Shown in pieces: positions 1 through 12,500 of a stretch of 64,000 nucleotides of DNA. Under the pieces are notes generated by a model, which did no database searches, was not told where the DNA came from, and saw only the letters and a program-made list of their open reading frames with translations. Source of the DNA: Eledone cirrhosa (lineage: Eukaryota); the NCBI GenBank assembly GCA_964016885.1, contig OZ024741.1, positions 194,494,001-194,558,000 of the forward strand. Direction: 5' to 3'. The stretch's first letter is position 1. Each line of letters opens with the position of its first letter. The position numbers were made by a program, and so were the translations under genes.

Positions 1-160
1 GTACTGGGTGCATTTTATCATGGCACTAACACTTTACATGGTGTACTGGGTGCATTTTATCATGGCACTAACACTTTACATGGTGTACTGGGTGCATTTT
101 ATCATGGCACTAACACTTTACATGGTGTACTGGGTGCATTTTATCATGGCACCAACACTA
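1..160. repeat. 42-bp minisatellite (GTACTGGGTGCATTTTATCATGGCACTAACACTTTACATGGT), about 3.7 copies visible, cut by the window edge; SINE-internal
   Basis: Units start at 1, 43, 85 and 127. The right flank (ACACTAG...CTAAAGAG) resembles the SINE sequence at about 8650-8715 and 21580-21625. Confidence 0.9.
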
Positions 161-624
161 GTGAAGATGACACTTGCTTGACCAGTCTAAAGAGTCTTCT
201 CAAATCCTATATTATCTCAGTTTCATTGCCAAACACTGTAGTCCCTGATTTTTTCCCCATGTTTGTATTGGTGGACATGGAGAGAGGGGTTAGTGTTAGT
301 TTGTAGATTTATAGGTATATACATAACTTTCTAAAATTAGCACAAGGCTAGCAATTTGAGGGACACGGGAAGTTGATTATATCAAGCACAGTACTTGGCT
401 GGTGTTTTATTTTATAGACCCTGGAAGGATGAAAGGCAATGTTAATCTCAGCAGGATTTGAACTCGGGACATAAAGAGCTGTAAATGCAACAAAGCATTT
501 TGTCCAATACCCTAACAATTTTACCAATTCATCATCCTCTATAGATATATAAATAACAACACACATATACTGATGAAGTGCCATCATTCATGTAATAGAG
601 TAGTTTTTATTATATGTATCTTGG

Positions 625-820
625 TGAAGGCGATGGACTGTTAGAGCATCAAACAAAATGCTTTGTGATATTTAACAATGGATCTTTATATTCTGAGTTC
701 AAATTCCACCAACGCCAACTTTGCTTTTCATCCTTCCTAGGTTTGATAAAATAAAGTACCAGTCAAGTACTGGGGTCAGTGTAATTGACTGTCCACCTCC
801 ACTGGCCTTGTACCTAAAAT
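625..820 (+). mobile_element. tRNA-derived SINE, family A (core ACTTTGCCTTTCATCCT...GTCGATAAAATAAAGTACCAGT; resembles the Nin/Deu-type domain)
   Basis: B-box-like GAGTTCAAATTCC followed by the conserved core. Many other copies lie at about 320-540(-), 3055-3200(+), 7015-7146(+), 7335-7540(+), 8170-8420(-), 11020-11412(-, two), 20010-20410(-, two), 21917-22020(+), 23255-23830(+, three), 27020-27222(-), 37385-37612(-) and 37928-38000(-). The domain name is from recall and was not searched. Confidence 0.8.
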
Positions 821-2044
821 TCAATATAATTATATGTATTTTGGTTGACTTGTACTTAGAATTTGTTGGAAGCCAAAAAAGATAGTGACTAATCACCAAG
901 TTGAATTCCTTGACTTCAGTGAAAATTGAGTACCATTTGACCAAAGTATCAACCATAATAATACTCCATTTGTGTTTGTATATTTATATATATATATCCA
1001 TAACTCTTTTAAATTTACATAATCCCACATATACACAATGCATTTTCTATATCTGTCATGTTGCTACAATAAGAAGTTTGCTTTCCAGTCATAAGGTCCA
1101 GGGTTCTAACCCCATATTTTCCTCTTCAATAGTTTTCTCCCAAGTTATTCATTCATCTAACCCTGTGTGTCATTTGTACATATATGCTGAACATTTAACC
1201 TAGAAATAAATGATCAAAATATCATTTTTATCTTTAATCAACATACCATAAATTTATCAATTCACAAACTTCCCAATTTGTATGATTGTTCATATATCCA
1301 GTAATCTTGGTATATATGGCACACCAATCCTGCACTCCAAAAGTCGAACACATTCAGTAATATTGCTGTCATTATTGATAACACTGGACTCATAATCCCA
1401 GTATATATATCGTATCCCAATCCTGGACTCCAAAAATTGAATACATTTGTCATTATTGATGGCACTGGTCTACTAGTATATATTATGCTTATCATTATTC
1501 AATGTTTCCATGCTGGCATGGGTTGGTCACGTCTTATTTGGAGTTACTACCTTCCTACACAGATTGGAAGACCACATTTCACTTGTATATTTCATTTTCG
1601 GCTGAATTCTCTTCCTAATGCCAATCACTTTACTATCAATGTTCTTGTTGTGGAAAAGAAGTAGTGATAAGGGGGTTTGGGGATGAAGGCATTGAGTATG
1701 GACAGATTAAATACCATTCTATCTCTATATCTCCCTCCCTCACTCTCTCTATCTATCTCTATATATGTCTCTATCTCTCACTCTCTCTTTCTCTCCCTGT
1801 GAATTACATTAAGAGTACATGGGCCTGTGGAATATTCAGCCACTTGTATATTAATTTCCCAATCAAACTGCTCCATTGTTCAAACAACTAGAGCACTCAT
1901 CATTGGAACCAAATGGAAGTCCAAAACACACTCGGATACACACACACACATAAACACAAACACACACACAGATGTATGTATGTGTGTCTCTGTGTGTCTT
2001 TTGGGCTTTTATTTGATTCCAATGACAAGTGTTCCAGTTGTTTC

Positions 2045-2046
<2 letters not shown>

Positions 2047-2139
<93 letters not shown>

Positions 2140-2580
2140 ACACACAGACACACACACAGACACACACACAGACACACACACAGACACACACACAGACAGA
2201 CACACAGACAGACACACAGACACACAGACACACACAGACACACAGACACACAGACACACAGACACACAGACACACACAGACACACAGACACACACAGACA
2301 CACACAGACACACAGACACACAGACACAGACACACAGACACAGACACACAGACACACAGACACACAGACACACAGACACACACACACAGACACACAGACA
2401 CACAGACACAGACACACACACAGACACACACACAGACACACAGACAGACACACAGACAGACACACAGACAGACACACAGACAGACACACAGACACACACA
2501 CACACAGACACACACACACACACAGACACAGACACAGACACAGACACAGACACAGACACACACACACACACACACACACA
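2047..2580. repeat. Compound microsatellite (CA)n / (GACACA)n / (GACACACA)n
   Basis: Seen directly. It explains the six overlapping HT/CV-repeat ORFs at 1827-2666. Confidence 0.98.
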
Positions 2581-4119
2581 GCCCCTTAAGAGTGTATGTG
2601 CTAATTTTTCATAAGTTTCATTCACTCCATCCTCAACATAATAATTATGTCAGTTGGTATAGTTAAAGCTGGTTTTAAGGAAAACTAACACTTCTAATTA
2701 CTGCAATGTTAACTATATCATTGGCTATCATTGAAACTTGAAGAGGGATGGCTAAGAAACATTGTGTCAGGACAGAACCCTCAACTACAACAGGGGTTAA
2801 CAGCCCTTTACCCATTTTTATCTACTATAATTAAGAAAAAAAATACATTATCTTGAGTTTATTTTGTTCTCTACAGAACCTTTTGTTCTCTACAGAAGCT
2901 GTATATGTAGAGACAGACACTAGGTTATTTACTTAAAGCTTCTTGAGACTAAGAGATATTGACCTGATTCTTATTTCAGTTATAATAGTAGACATTATAG
3001 TTGTTTCATAGATCCACATTATTTATATTGTGTGATAATTGTGTAGTAGAGTTGAGGTTAGGTGGCAGAATCATTAGAATGTCAGATAGAATGCTTTGCA
3101 ATATTCGTCTCTCTCTGCACTCAGTTCAAATCTCACTGTGGTCAACTTTGCCTTCTTTTTGAAGTCAATAATTGAAGTACCAGTTAAATACTGAAGTAGG
3201 TTCTTTTTCTGTACACTCTTTCTCGCTTCTCACTCTCTCTCCCTCTTCTCACTCTCTCTCCCTTCTCCCCTCTATCCCTCTTTCTCCCCCACCCTCTCTC
3301 TCTCAAGAAATTGTGTTCAGACCTGGTAAGTGATGGGCTCCACCAGGTTTTAAATACCAAGATGTATGTATCAAGATCACCCCTAAAACTCCTAGAGTTG
3401 TAGGGGCCTGTATCCATGACACAGTTTTGCTTATGCTAGGCATTTTAAGTTTCAATACAGTTTATGTAACTTTATTACAATTACATTACTGTGTTGATAT
3501 AGTTAACCCTTTTGATACCAACCCACCTGAAACCTCCCTAGTTTTATGACATACACCCGCTCATTTTAAAATGTTTATTCTTAAATTAAAACTTTCTATC
3601 AGAATTTAAGAAATGTTTCAAATATCATCTTAAAAGGTTGGTTATTTCGTTAAATTCTTCATTTTTTTAAAAATTAATTGATACACATAGCAGTCTTAGG
3701 GCTGGGAAATCTTTTAATAGAAACACACCCACATGCATGTACATACACAAGCACATTTAAATAGATTCATACAGATATACACACATTTGTGTATGTACCC
3801 CCCCCCCCCCCCCAAAAAAAAATTTAATAGGTATTTAGATACACACACATGCACACTCACACATTAACACTCACTCACTCAAGTGTAATCCAGAGAAAAG
3901 AAAAGTGACTTTATCATATTCCCAATGTTGATTATTGGGCCAATCTTTTGATAAATCTGAGGAATTGTTTTTAAAATCTGTGCCAGATTTATGTATTTTG
4001 ATATGTTGTTAGCTGAACATATTGATTATTGCTCAGTTGCCAATGGCAACCAGGGTAATCAATATAGGTTTCCTACATCGACACAACTCAAGATTTAGTC
4101 TTTTTTTTTCTAAATGGCT

Positions 4120-4670
4120 TTGTGAGAGAGTGAAGGGTAACTAACATCCATGACACTTTTAGGAGGGAAGATCAGCATTCATGACCATTTTCAGAGTCTC
4201 TGAGGCTGGTGAGGAGGCAGCAGCACCCATAACCCTTCAGGGGATCTCTCTGGTGGGAAAAAGGGGCAGCATTCATGACACTTTTGAGGGCCTCAGATTG
4301 GTAGGAAAGAAGGTTAGCACTCATGACTCTCTTCAAGGTCTCAGACTGGTGAGAAGGGCAACAACCATGACCCTTTTGAGAATCTTTGAGACTGGTGGGA
4401 TAAAGGGTAAGACCCATACCATTTTTACAATCTCAGATTGGTGAGAACAAAAGGCAGCACATATCCTTTTCTGAAACTAATGCAAAGAAATGGCAGCACA
4501 CATGATCCTTTTCAGGATCTTAGGTGGGAGAGAAATACAGCACTTGTGACCTTCTTTCTGATAGAAGAGAGGTCAGTACTCATGATTCTTTTCAGGGTCT
4601 TTGAGACTGGTGAGAGGTAAGGGCAGCATTCATGGCCCTTTTTAGAGTCTCTGTGACCACTGGGAGGGAA
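4120..4670. repeat. Old degenerate minisatellite, unit about 47 bp (GCAGCATTCATGACCCTTTTCAGGGTCTCTGAGACTGGTGAGAG..), about 11-12 copies
   Basis: CATGAC and GACTGGTG motifs recur at about 47-bp spacing. Confidence 0.8.
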
Positions 4671-4939
4671 AGGAAACTGTTATGCTTAGATGAAAGATCT
4701 GGCCTGAATATTTGCAATAGACTTGACTGTTAAAGACACAAAAGGGGTCAGGAGATTTGTGTTGAACTTGGGTTTGAATTAAGGAACAGATAGGGATTGT
4801 AGTGAATATCATGAGGTATTTAGTCCTTCATGATTTCACCAACATGACTTACCTTAAGATATACATTCACACAAAATGGTATGTTCTACTAATTAAGGCT
4901 TTTATAGAAATGTCTGGTTTTTCTACTATATTAATATTT

Positions 4940-5694
4940 AATTTTAGTGTCTAGGACCATTCTAAATCTGTAAGCTAGTTCGCCTCAGGGGATCGCATTG
5001 ACTAACATTACACTCTGGTATTTGTTGCTGTCATACCACGAGTTGATCTTATTAGTCTTCTTCTTAGTTCTCTCTATCTTATTCCGAAATGTTCTCCTAT
5101 ACATGGGGCAAGTTCCATTCCCATCATTTTCTACAATCTTTGTCCATTTGGTCCTGGCCCCTTTATATACCCTGATCCTGTCTCTCTGATTATAGCCAGA
5201 GAACTACATGCGGCGGATGAAGTGTTGTATGTGTCGCTCTAACTCTTTCGAATTGTAGACGCGGGACACATTCCTCATCACTCTTTACTAAGTCCGCAAT
5301 CAGTATGTTAACTTTCATGTTATCCGAAACAGCTGAGTTTCAGTCGATCAGGTATTTGGAGGCCATGGGTTTGGCATAATACGAATGGAGGATTTGTGTT
5401 TTATTACTAATAATTTCTAACCAGAGTTCTGTGTCTAGTACAGGTAATCTATGGTTAGGGTGTTTGGTTAGGTAGTCTATAGTAACTTTAATTCTCTGCT
5501 GGATGGAGTTAGCTATTTGCTGGATGCTTTCCATGGTGTTCCTTTCTAATTCCTGATTGTTCTCCTGCAGGGTTGTTTTAACTAATGATACTGGTGTCAT
5601 CTACGTAGCAGGAGTACATAGACAGGATTATAGAGTTCTCATCTAAGCGTTCTTTAAGACTCCTGTCCTGCCATACCATAAAGAAGTTAGCTAT

Positions 5695-5698
<4 letters not shown>
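4940..5698 (-). mobile_element. Penelope-like element (PLE) reverse transcriptase remnant, frameshifted
   Basis: The minus strand gives MYSCYVDDT (about 5592-5618), then IKVTIDYLTKHPNHRLPVLDTELW...HSYYAKPMASKY, then SGYNQRDRIRVY...CPMYR...NSWY. These match the RT motif C, thumb and linker pattern of PLEs. Confidence 0.75.
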
Positions 5699-5793
<95 letters not shown>

Positions 5794-5831
5794 TTCTCTC
5801 TCTTCTCTCTTCTCTCTTCTCTCTCTCTCTC
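5699..5831. repeat. (TC)n microsatellite
   Basis: Seen directly. Confidence 0.97.
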
Positions 5832-5901
5832 ATCAAGGTTTAGCAAATAAGAAAAAGTTTTAAAATAAATTTTAAAAGATTCACTGTACTCACTATGGTT
5901 A

Positions 5902-5986
5902 CCTTTACCGAATCGGTTTCGAGTCTCAAAAATAAATGGACAGTCCTTGCGGCCTTCCATTGAAAAGATAAACTCTCGTCAGAAGG
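5902..5986 (-). ncRNA. Type I hammerhead ribozyme motif, copy 1
   Basis: Minus strand: CCUU-CUGACGA-GAGU...ACUC-GAAA-CCG AUU CGG-UA-AAGG. Core boxes are intact, stems I, II and III are present, and the cleavage triplet is GUA (cut between 5906 and 5905). Confidence 0.8.
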
Positions 5987-6393
5987 GTCTTTTCACTTCG
6001 AGAATATAAAATTCTCAAGTTCAAATTACGAGCTGGCACTATTCAAAATTGTTCCCGAGATGAGAATGAATGATGTGGAAGCAATTCTGTCCAGTGCCGT
6101 GTGTAAAGATAGAAACAGAGGCAGGGAGGTCGGTTTACTACCACTATAACTAGCAGCAGTCAGAACGACCAAATTTTATCTCGACCAAGAGGAGAATAAT
6201 AATAATAATAATAAAGTATATATCCCCACATGCAAAAAGCGTCTAGGGACACATGTATTGTCCAACCATATGCCAATGTGGTTCAATGGCAGGTTAATAA
6301 ATTAACGAGCCAGAACATATATAATCAAGGTTTAGCAAATAAGAAAAAGTTTCAAAATAAATTTTAAAAGATTCACTGTACTCACTATGGTTA

Positions 6394-6478
6394 CCTTTAC
6401 CGAATCGGTTTCGAGTCTCAAAAATAAATGGACAGTCCTTGCGGCCTTCCATTGAAAAGATAAACTCTCGTCAGAAGG
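6394..6478 (-). ncRNA. Type I hammerhead ribozyme motif, copy 2
   Basis: Same sequence as copy 1, offset by 492 bp. Confidence 0.8.
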
Positions 6479-6523
6479 GTCTTTTCACTCGGAGAATATA
6501 AAATTCCCGAGTTCAAATTACGA

Positions 6524-6561
<38 letters not shown>

Positions 6562-7561
6562 CAATATATAGAGAAGAAAACATAAAAAGTGGTATGTTTT
6601 CAATTATGAGGGGTAGAGAACCACTAGAGTGAAGAATATAAAGTCAACGATTTGAACTAGCCTGTTAAAAAAGGCATTTCTCTATCAATTAACATTTACC
6701 ACTATCCTGACTCTGAACAAATAGACAATGAAATAATAAAACAAATTTCTCTTTTGTTTTTAAAGAGGAAAACATTTTTTTCATATTTTCACACATCATC
6801 AGAAAACCTTTCACACAGTAAAGAGAAATTTAGATTGAAAAGATGAGAAATTGAAGGCTTTGTAAGGTTGTTTTTCAGGTTTAATCACAGCCAATATGAC
6901 ATGTGTATGCCTCTTGTTCATTTTTAGTTCCAGTAATTGGAGTGCATTGTTGTCAAGTTAAGAATACACAGGCAATCATTTCTATGGAAAAGTCCAAGTT
7001 CAATAGTTTCTGTTCATTATTTTACGATCTGAATTCAAATCCCGCCGAGGTTGACTTTGCCTTTCATCATTACGGGGTCGATAAAATAAAGTACCAGTAA
7101 TGCACTGGGTATTTGCTGGCCTTGTGCCTAAAGTAGAAACAATTATTTGTCTTTCATGAAATGTTTATTCAGTAGATTTAAGTTTCTGTCAATAAATATC
7201 AGAACTTTATTTGAAATGTTAAGCTGTCTGTTATTTTAGATTTCTAAAGATTTCCCAACCTTTATTGTTGACCTTCACTGAAACAAAAAGGTATTACTAG
7301 TGTATTCTCAAGAGAGTATCTTATTGTTTTATAATAGTATCGGTAGAGAGACGGACGCCATGCTTTGCAACAAAGAGTTACGGCCCTTTATGATCTGAGT
7401 TCAAATCCCGCCAAGGTTAACTTTGCCTTTCATCCTCACGGGGTCGATAAAATAAAGTACCAGTCACGCACTGGGTCGATTTAATCGACTTTCCCCTCCC
7501 CCAAAATCACTGGCCTTGTGCCTATATAAGAAACCAATATTAATTAGTCAGTACTTTTAGT

Positions 7562-7690
7562 GAAGGCACGTGGCTGAGTGGTTCAAGAATTGGATTTGCA
7601 ATTGTGAGGTTATGAATTTGATTCACGGACCGGGCGATGCGTTATGTCCTTGAGCAAGACACTTTATTTCACATTGCTCCTTCCACCTGG
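7562..7690 (+). mobile_element. tRNA-headed SINE fragment with a CORE-like domain
   Basis: A-box-like GTGGCTGAGTGG, then TGTCCTTGAGCAAGACACTTTATTTCAC. A related copy lies at about 15230-15530. Confidence 0.6.
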
Positions 7691-7933
7691 AGTTGCGACC
7701 GATAGATAGAATTAGCAATCGGAAAGACCAATGGTAACATTGTTTCCTCGGTCCAATTTGACGAAAGTTGATCGTTCCTTTCTTTCTTCTTTAGTTCTGT
7801 TTTAATTCCTACATCCACCAAGACATTCAAGCACACATTCTTATCTAACTTTCTGGTACTGGCCTAGCTGAAGCAACATCAACCTATGAAATATATTTGC
7901 CTCCTTATTCTCTTTTCAATATCAAGTTAAGAT

Positions 7934-8165
7934 TTAACACTTGACATCCTGTAATAATTTAGCAAAGAATATCTTTAAAAATAGATTTGTTAAGTCAAAT
8001 GTTTATAGTAGCTTTACTAGTGGTCAGATCATTATAAAAAAAATGACAATATTAGAGTAAAAAAAATTTGAATTTTTAATGTAATGCAGCCACAGTCCCG
8101 TTTTTGTACTTTTCAAGAATGTTTTGCTAATGCAGTTTAATGTGGTACAGGATGTTAAGAGTTAA
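7934..8165. mobile_element. MITE-like element with TTAA ends (family TTAACTCTTAACATC...GATGTTAAGAGTTAA)
   Basis: Imperfect terminal inverted repeats. The interior is shared with 27654-27851, and a partial reverse copy starts at about 15954. Confidence 0.65.
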
Positions 8166-9520
8166 TATTGATTTCTAATTTGGGCATAGACTGGAATGTA
8201 GAGAGAGGTGGGTTATAGTTGATTGTATTGACCTCAGTACTTTACTGTTGATACTGCAAGGATGAATAATAAAGTCAACTCCTTTGGGATTTGACTTCAT
8301 AAAATGTGGAGGTACTTGTCATTGTGGTATCTGTACTGTATTGTAGTGGCGTTACTGTGGTAAACCACTGAAAAGTATTTTGTTCATTACGCTACCAATT
8401 TTACCAAATTGCCATCCAAGGACAGGATTTAATGTTACCAACAGAAATGTGAAAGTTATAAAATAAATCATCATTTTATGTCCACTTCCGATGTTGGTAT
8501 AAGTTTGGATGGGTTGTCACAGTCAAAATCAATCCTTATTTGGAGATACTGCCCCCCAAGATGTTTTAGAGGAATGTTTTGCTCATACATTTTATTGTTA
8601 GCCTGATTTCTGGATATCCTGCTAAACACCAACCACTTAAGTGAACTGGATGTATTTTATCATGGAACCAACACTAGAGAGACTGTCATGTCTTCAGCAA
8701 GACTAAAGAGTCCTATTTTATTTTACTTTTGTTCTTGTAGTTTACAGAGTGTAAAGAGTGAATTTTATTCTAGCACCAAAGCTAAAGGGCTGCTTTTTAC
8801 CCTGCCAAATCAGAGAATCCTTTCCACTCTATCTAACTTCTGTTCTTTCAAGGTAACATGAATGTGGCTATGAATATAGCTATACAAGAAAGATATTTGA
8901 TGATGTCAGTAAAAACAGTTAGTGTATAATTGACCATTGGTTAACTTCTCCAGCCACATCTTTGTCCTCTGTCAGTTCTCACCTCACATTACTGTCAGAT
9001 ATCACTTCCCCTAAGGCCATCTCACCCACCATGGTTTAGTATTAGGCATCCCAAATCTCTCCCATTCCCTGTCACTATCTTCACAGTCCTGTCAAGGATA
9101 CAAGTGCCCTGATTTTGAAATGTGGAGATACTGATCCCACAATAAATTGCACTCAGTACTCACCCCAAACTGGAATGTGGAAGTGCTGATGTCACGATAA
9201 AATGCAACCAGCCCACTCTGTCAAATGATAGTGCTGGTGTCATGAGGAAAAGTACCCAGTCTCCCCCCCCCCTCCCTGATCAGTGTATGTAACGGTGCCA
9301 TGAGAAAATGAACTGAGTATGCACTGTGAAGTGGTTGGCATTAAGAAAGGCATGCAGCTGCAAAAACCATGCCAAAATGGAATGTATGGGCAAGACACAG
9401 TCATCTGACTGGTCTAACCTCAGCGTGACAACTCATCTAACCCATACAAGTATGGAAAATTGAATTAAAACAGTGTTGATGATGACTACTAATAATGTGG
9501 CAAATTTCTGTCTATTCCAG

Positions 9521-9593
9521 TCTCAGCCAATCAGATCTCTCGGTTATACAGCAGATTTACTAACCTGGACAAAAACAACAATGGCGTTCTTTG
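9521..9593 (+). CDS. CHP1: Calcineurin B homologous protein (CHP1-like), coding exon 2 (first exon visible)
   Basis: ttccag|...|gtaagt, 73 bp. Encodes (F)SANQISRLYSRFTNLDKNNNGVL(C), matching CHP1 FSHSQITRLYSRFTSLDKGENGTLS. Confidence 0.95.
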
Positions 9594-12500
9594 GTAAGTT
9601 GAATTCCTCATTTCTCTACAGAATAATTGATATCAATCAAAGAGCTTGGATCTGTGTGTGTGTGTGTAAATCTGAGAGTGTGTGTCTGTAGATTTAAGTG
9701 TATGTGTGAGTTTGTGTGTATCTCTGTATGTGAGAAAGAGAAAGTGAGTGTGTGTATCTGTGTGAGTGTGTGTCTAAAAGATGAGAGAAAAGCTGAGACT
9801 AAGAGGAATTGAAGGTAGCATGCAAGATAGACAATTGTGCTGTTGAGGTCATGTGATGTGTAAGGAAAGCAAGAGTTGCATAAAAAGGTGCTGAGCATTG
9901 AAAGTGGATGAAACCTGTAGAAGAGAAAAACCATGGATGAAGTTGTGAAGAATGACCTCAAGAAACGTAACCTCACAAAGGAGATGACAGAGTTGACTAG
10001 TGATATACCATAATACAAGCACTGCAATTCTGGGAGTAAATATGGTGAGATACCAGAGGCTACAGTGTTGGGGATTGCACAACAACAATAGAGGATTTTA
10101 AAGGATTCTTCAGTTGTAACGAACATGTAACAATCTCTCTAGTGTTGATGCCACATTAAAACACAACTAGTTCACTCTGCAAAGTGGTAGTGTTGATGCC
10201 ATGAAAATTGCACTCATGACATTATTGTCATCATCCCCATCCACCTATTATCACTTACCAATGACATCATACTTATCATCTTCCCTATCCCATCCTCCCC
10301 TCTTATAAGTTTGTGGCTGACTAAGTTGGTGGTGGTGAACATGTCACAGCAGGTGGTGTCCCAGATGAGGAATCTACCTCCTTCAAATGGGAAGAGGGTG
10401 AGTTCTTTTTCATATATTTGCACTGAGTGTGTATGTGTGACATATATAATTAAATCCCAATTGAATTTGAGGATTAAGCTAGAGTTGAACTATGAATAAA
10501 TGTTTAACTAAGGCATGTAGATATAATGCTCATACAAAGGTGAATTCTCATAAGATATCGGCTTTTGAAAATCGTTCAGAGAGCCACTGTGTCTGCATTC
10601 ACTTCTATCTAAATGTTTGTCTATGTATATTTATGCAAATATATCTAAACGTGGAGCAGTTTTGTTTTGTAAAATGTGTCCTAATTAGAAACAGGAACGT
10701 GTCCCAATTTTATCTTTTATACCCCCCCCCCCCCCCCCCCAAAAAAAAAGAAAGCTGACCACAAAAACTTAATAGAAATAAAAAATCAATAACAGACAGA
10801 TATGCAAACAAAACAAGTTAGTAGACCAAATACTGTATAGACACATCAGCTCCTAAAAGTAAACAAATCACATGTGTATGTATGTAATCTATGTATGTAT
10901 AACAATACACAAATATATATTATTATATGAACCAAATATCTGTATAAGTAATGAATAGGTTATAAACACAACCAATTGCAACCAACGTAGATTACTCCCA
11001 GTCATAGATTAGCACAAATAATAATGGTTTCTACTATTGGCACAAGGTCAACAATTTTGGTGGAAAGGAAAGTTGATTAAATTGACCTCCAGTGTGTTAC
11101 TGGTACTTATTTTATCAACCCCATAAGAGAAACTCAGCAGGATTTGAACTCGGAATGTAAAGCATTTGTCTGATGCTTTAAAGTTTGTCATTCCACTGCC
11201 CTAATAATAATTGTTTCTACTTTTGGCACAAAGCCAGCAATTCGAAGGGAAGTGGAAAGTCGATTAAATGACACCAGTGCATTACTGGTACTTTATTTTA
11301 TCAACCCTGTAAGGATCAAAGGCAGTGTTAACCCTGGAATGGAAAGGGAAGTAACTATATGCCGCAAAGCATATTGTTCAACGCTCTACCAATACTGCCA
11401 ATTCACTTCCCTAATAAAAATGATGATGATAAGCAATGAGATTAAAAGATGGAGACTTTAGATGGTCCATCCACCTGTTAGACTCTATCTTCCTCCAATC
11501 ACAGCTCTGCAGTTTAAACTGACCGAATCCAGCCATAATTCTCTCAACTCTTTCTGTTCAAACCGGCCGTAACTGGCCGCTTATACTGATATTAAGGTAT
11601 TGTTCTCAAAATAAATAACATCAAAGTCTCATAGATTCCATATTATGTGAGATAGTTATGTAAGATAAAGCCTTTACTACAAAAATATAATAGTAAATAT
11701 AGAGTAATGTAAATGCTAAAGGGATATACGTTAGACAAATATAGTTCTGGCTATAGAACACATTTGATCATTGGTCTGTTTGATTATGGTTGACCTGGAG
11801 CTAAACAGCAACATCAAGATAAGCAATATCAGCCCTAATTAAACCAAGACAATTTGCCTTTCTTGCTCTCACTCCTACCCACTACCATTACTTAACCAGA
11901 GTGCAAGGGGAGGGGGGAGTACAAGAGATCAACTTGAGAGGTCAATAGGTCAATGGCTCTCCAATGTGTTGACATCATCAAACACAGTTTTATGTAATAA
12001 TTGATGTAAAGAGTGGGTGAGTGTCTACTGTGACACCTAGGTGGAAGGTACCACTATCATCACTACCACAAACAACTGTTCATTATAACATTCCAAAGTA
12101 AATACACACTGATATATACTTTAGTTTTTTTGACATCTACAAATACTGTGCTGAGGTGATGGTAGTGGTGTTGTCACTGGCTGCTGCTGTTGTTGTTAAG
12201 ACTAGACATTAGTGTTGTTACTGTGACATGAAGACATACTTTAGTAAACATTTTTGTGTAACACTTTACCCCTTCTGATAAGAAGCTGTTTGAAATTGCT
12301 CCTGGTTCTATGGTACATCAGCATTTTTCCATGGTTTTGCCAAGAGTTTTTGAGGCAGTGTTTTAGAGCTGGATGCCTTTCCTGACACCAACCCTTTTTA
12401 TTTGCTTCTTATGACACAGGGATATGGTGTACCTATTCTAAACTGGATACATCGTTAGTGTTGCACATTCCTTGCAATATTTGCTCTTGCTATGTGTATT

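Larger units (their letters stand above)
5832..6522 (-). repeat. Two near-identical direct repeats of about 199 bp (5832-6030 and 6324-6522, period 492), pLTR/retrozyme-like
   Basis: ATCAAGGTTTAGCAAATAAG...GTTCAAATTACGA occurs twice with only a few substitutions. Each copy carries a hammerhead motif. Confidence 0.92.

Noticed and set aside
1827-2666. His/Thr- and Cys/Val-rich ORFs
   Set aside because: They are translations of a CA-based microsatellite.
4380-4625. GAGACTGGT (ETG) near GTAAG as possible CHP1 exon 1
   Set aside because: It is part of the degenerate 47-bp minisatellite. There is no MG-start myristoylation-type N-terminus and the phase does not fit, so exon 1 is probably outside the window.
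9473-9691. 72-aa ORF overlapping CHP exon 2
   Set aside because: Wrong frame; the CHP-homologous frame is defined by the splice sites at 9521-9593.
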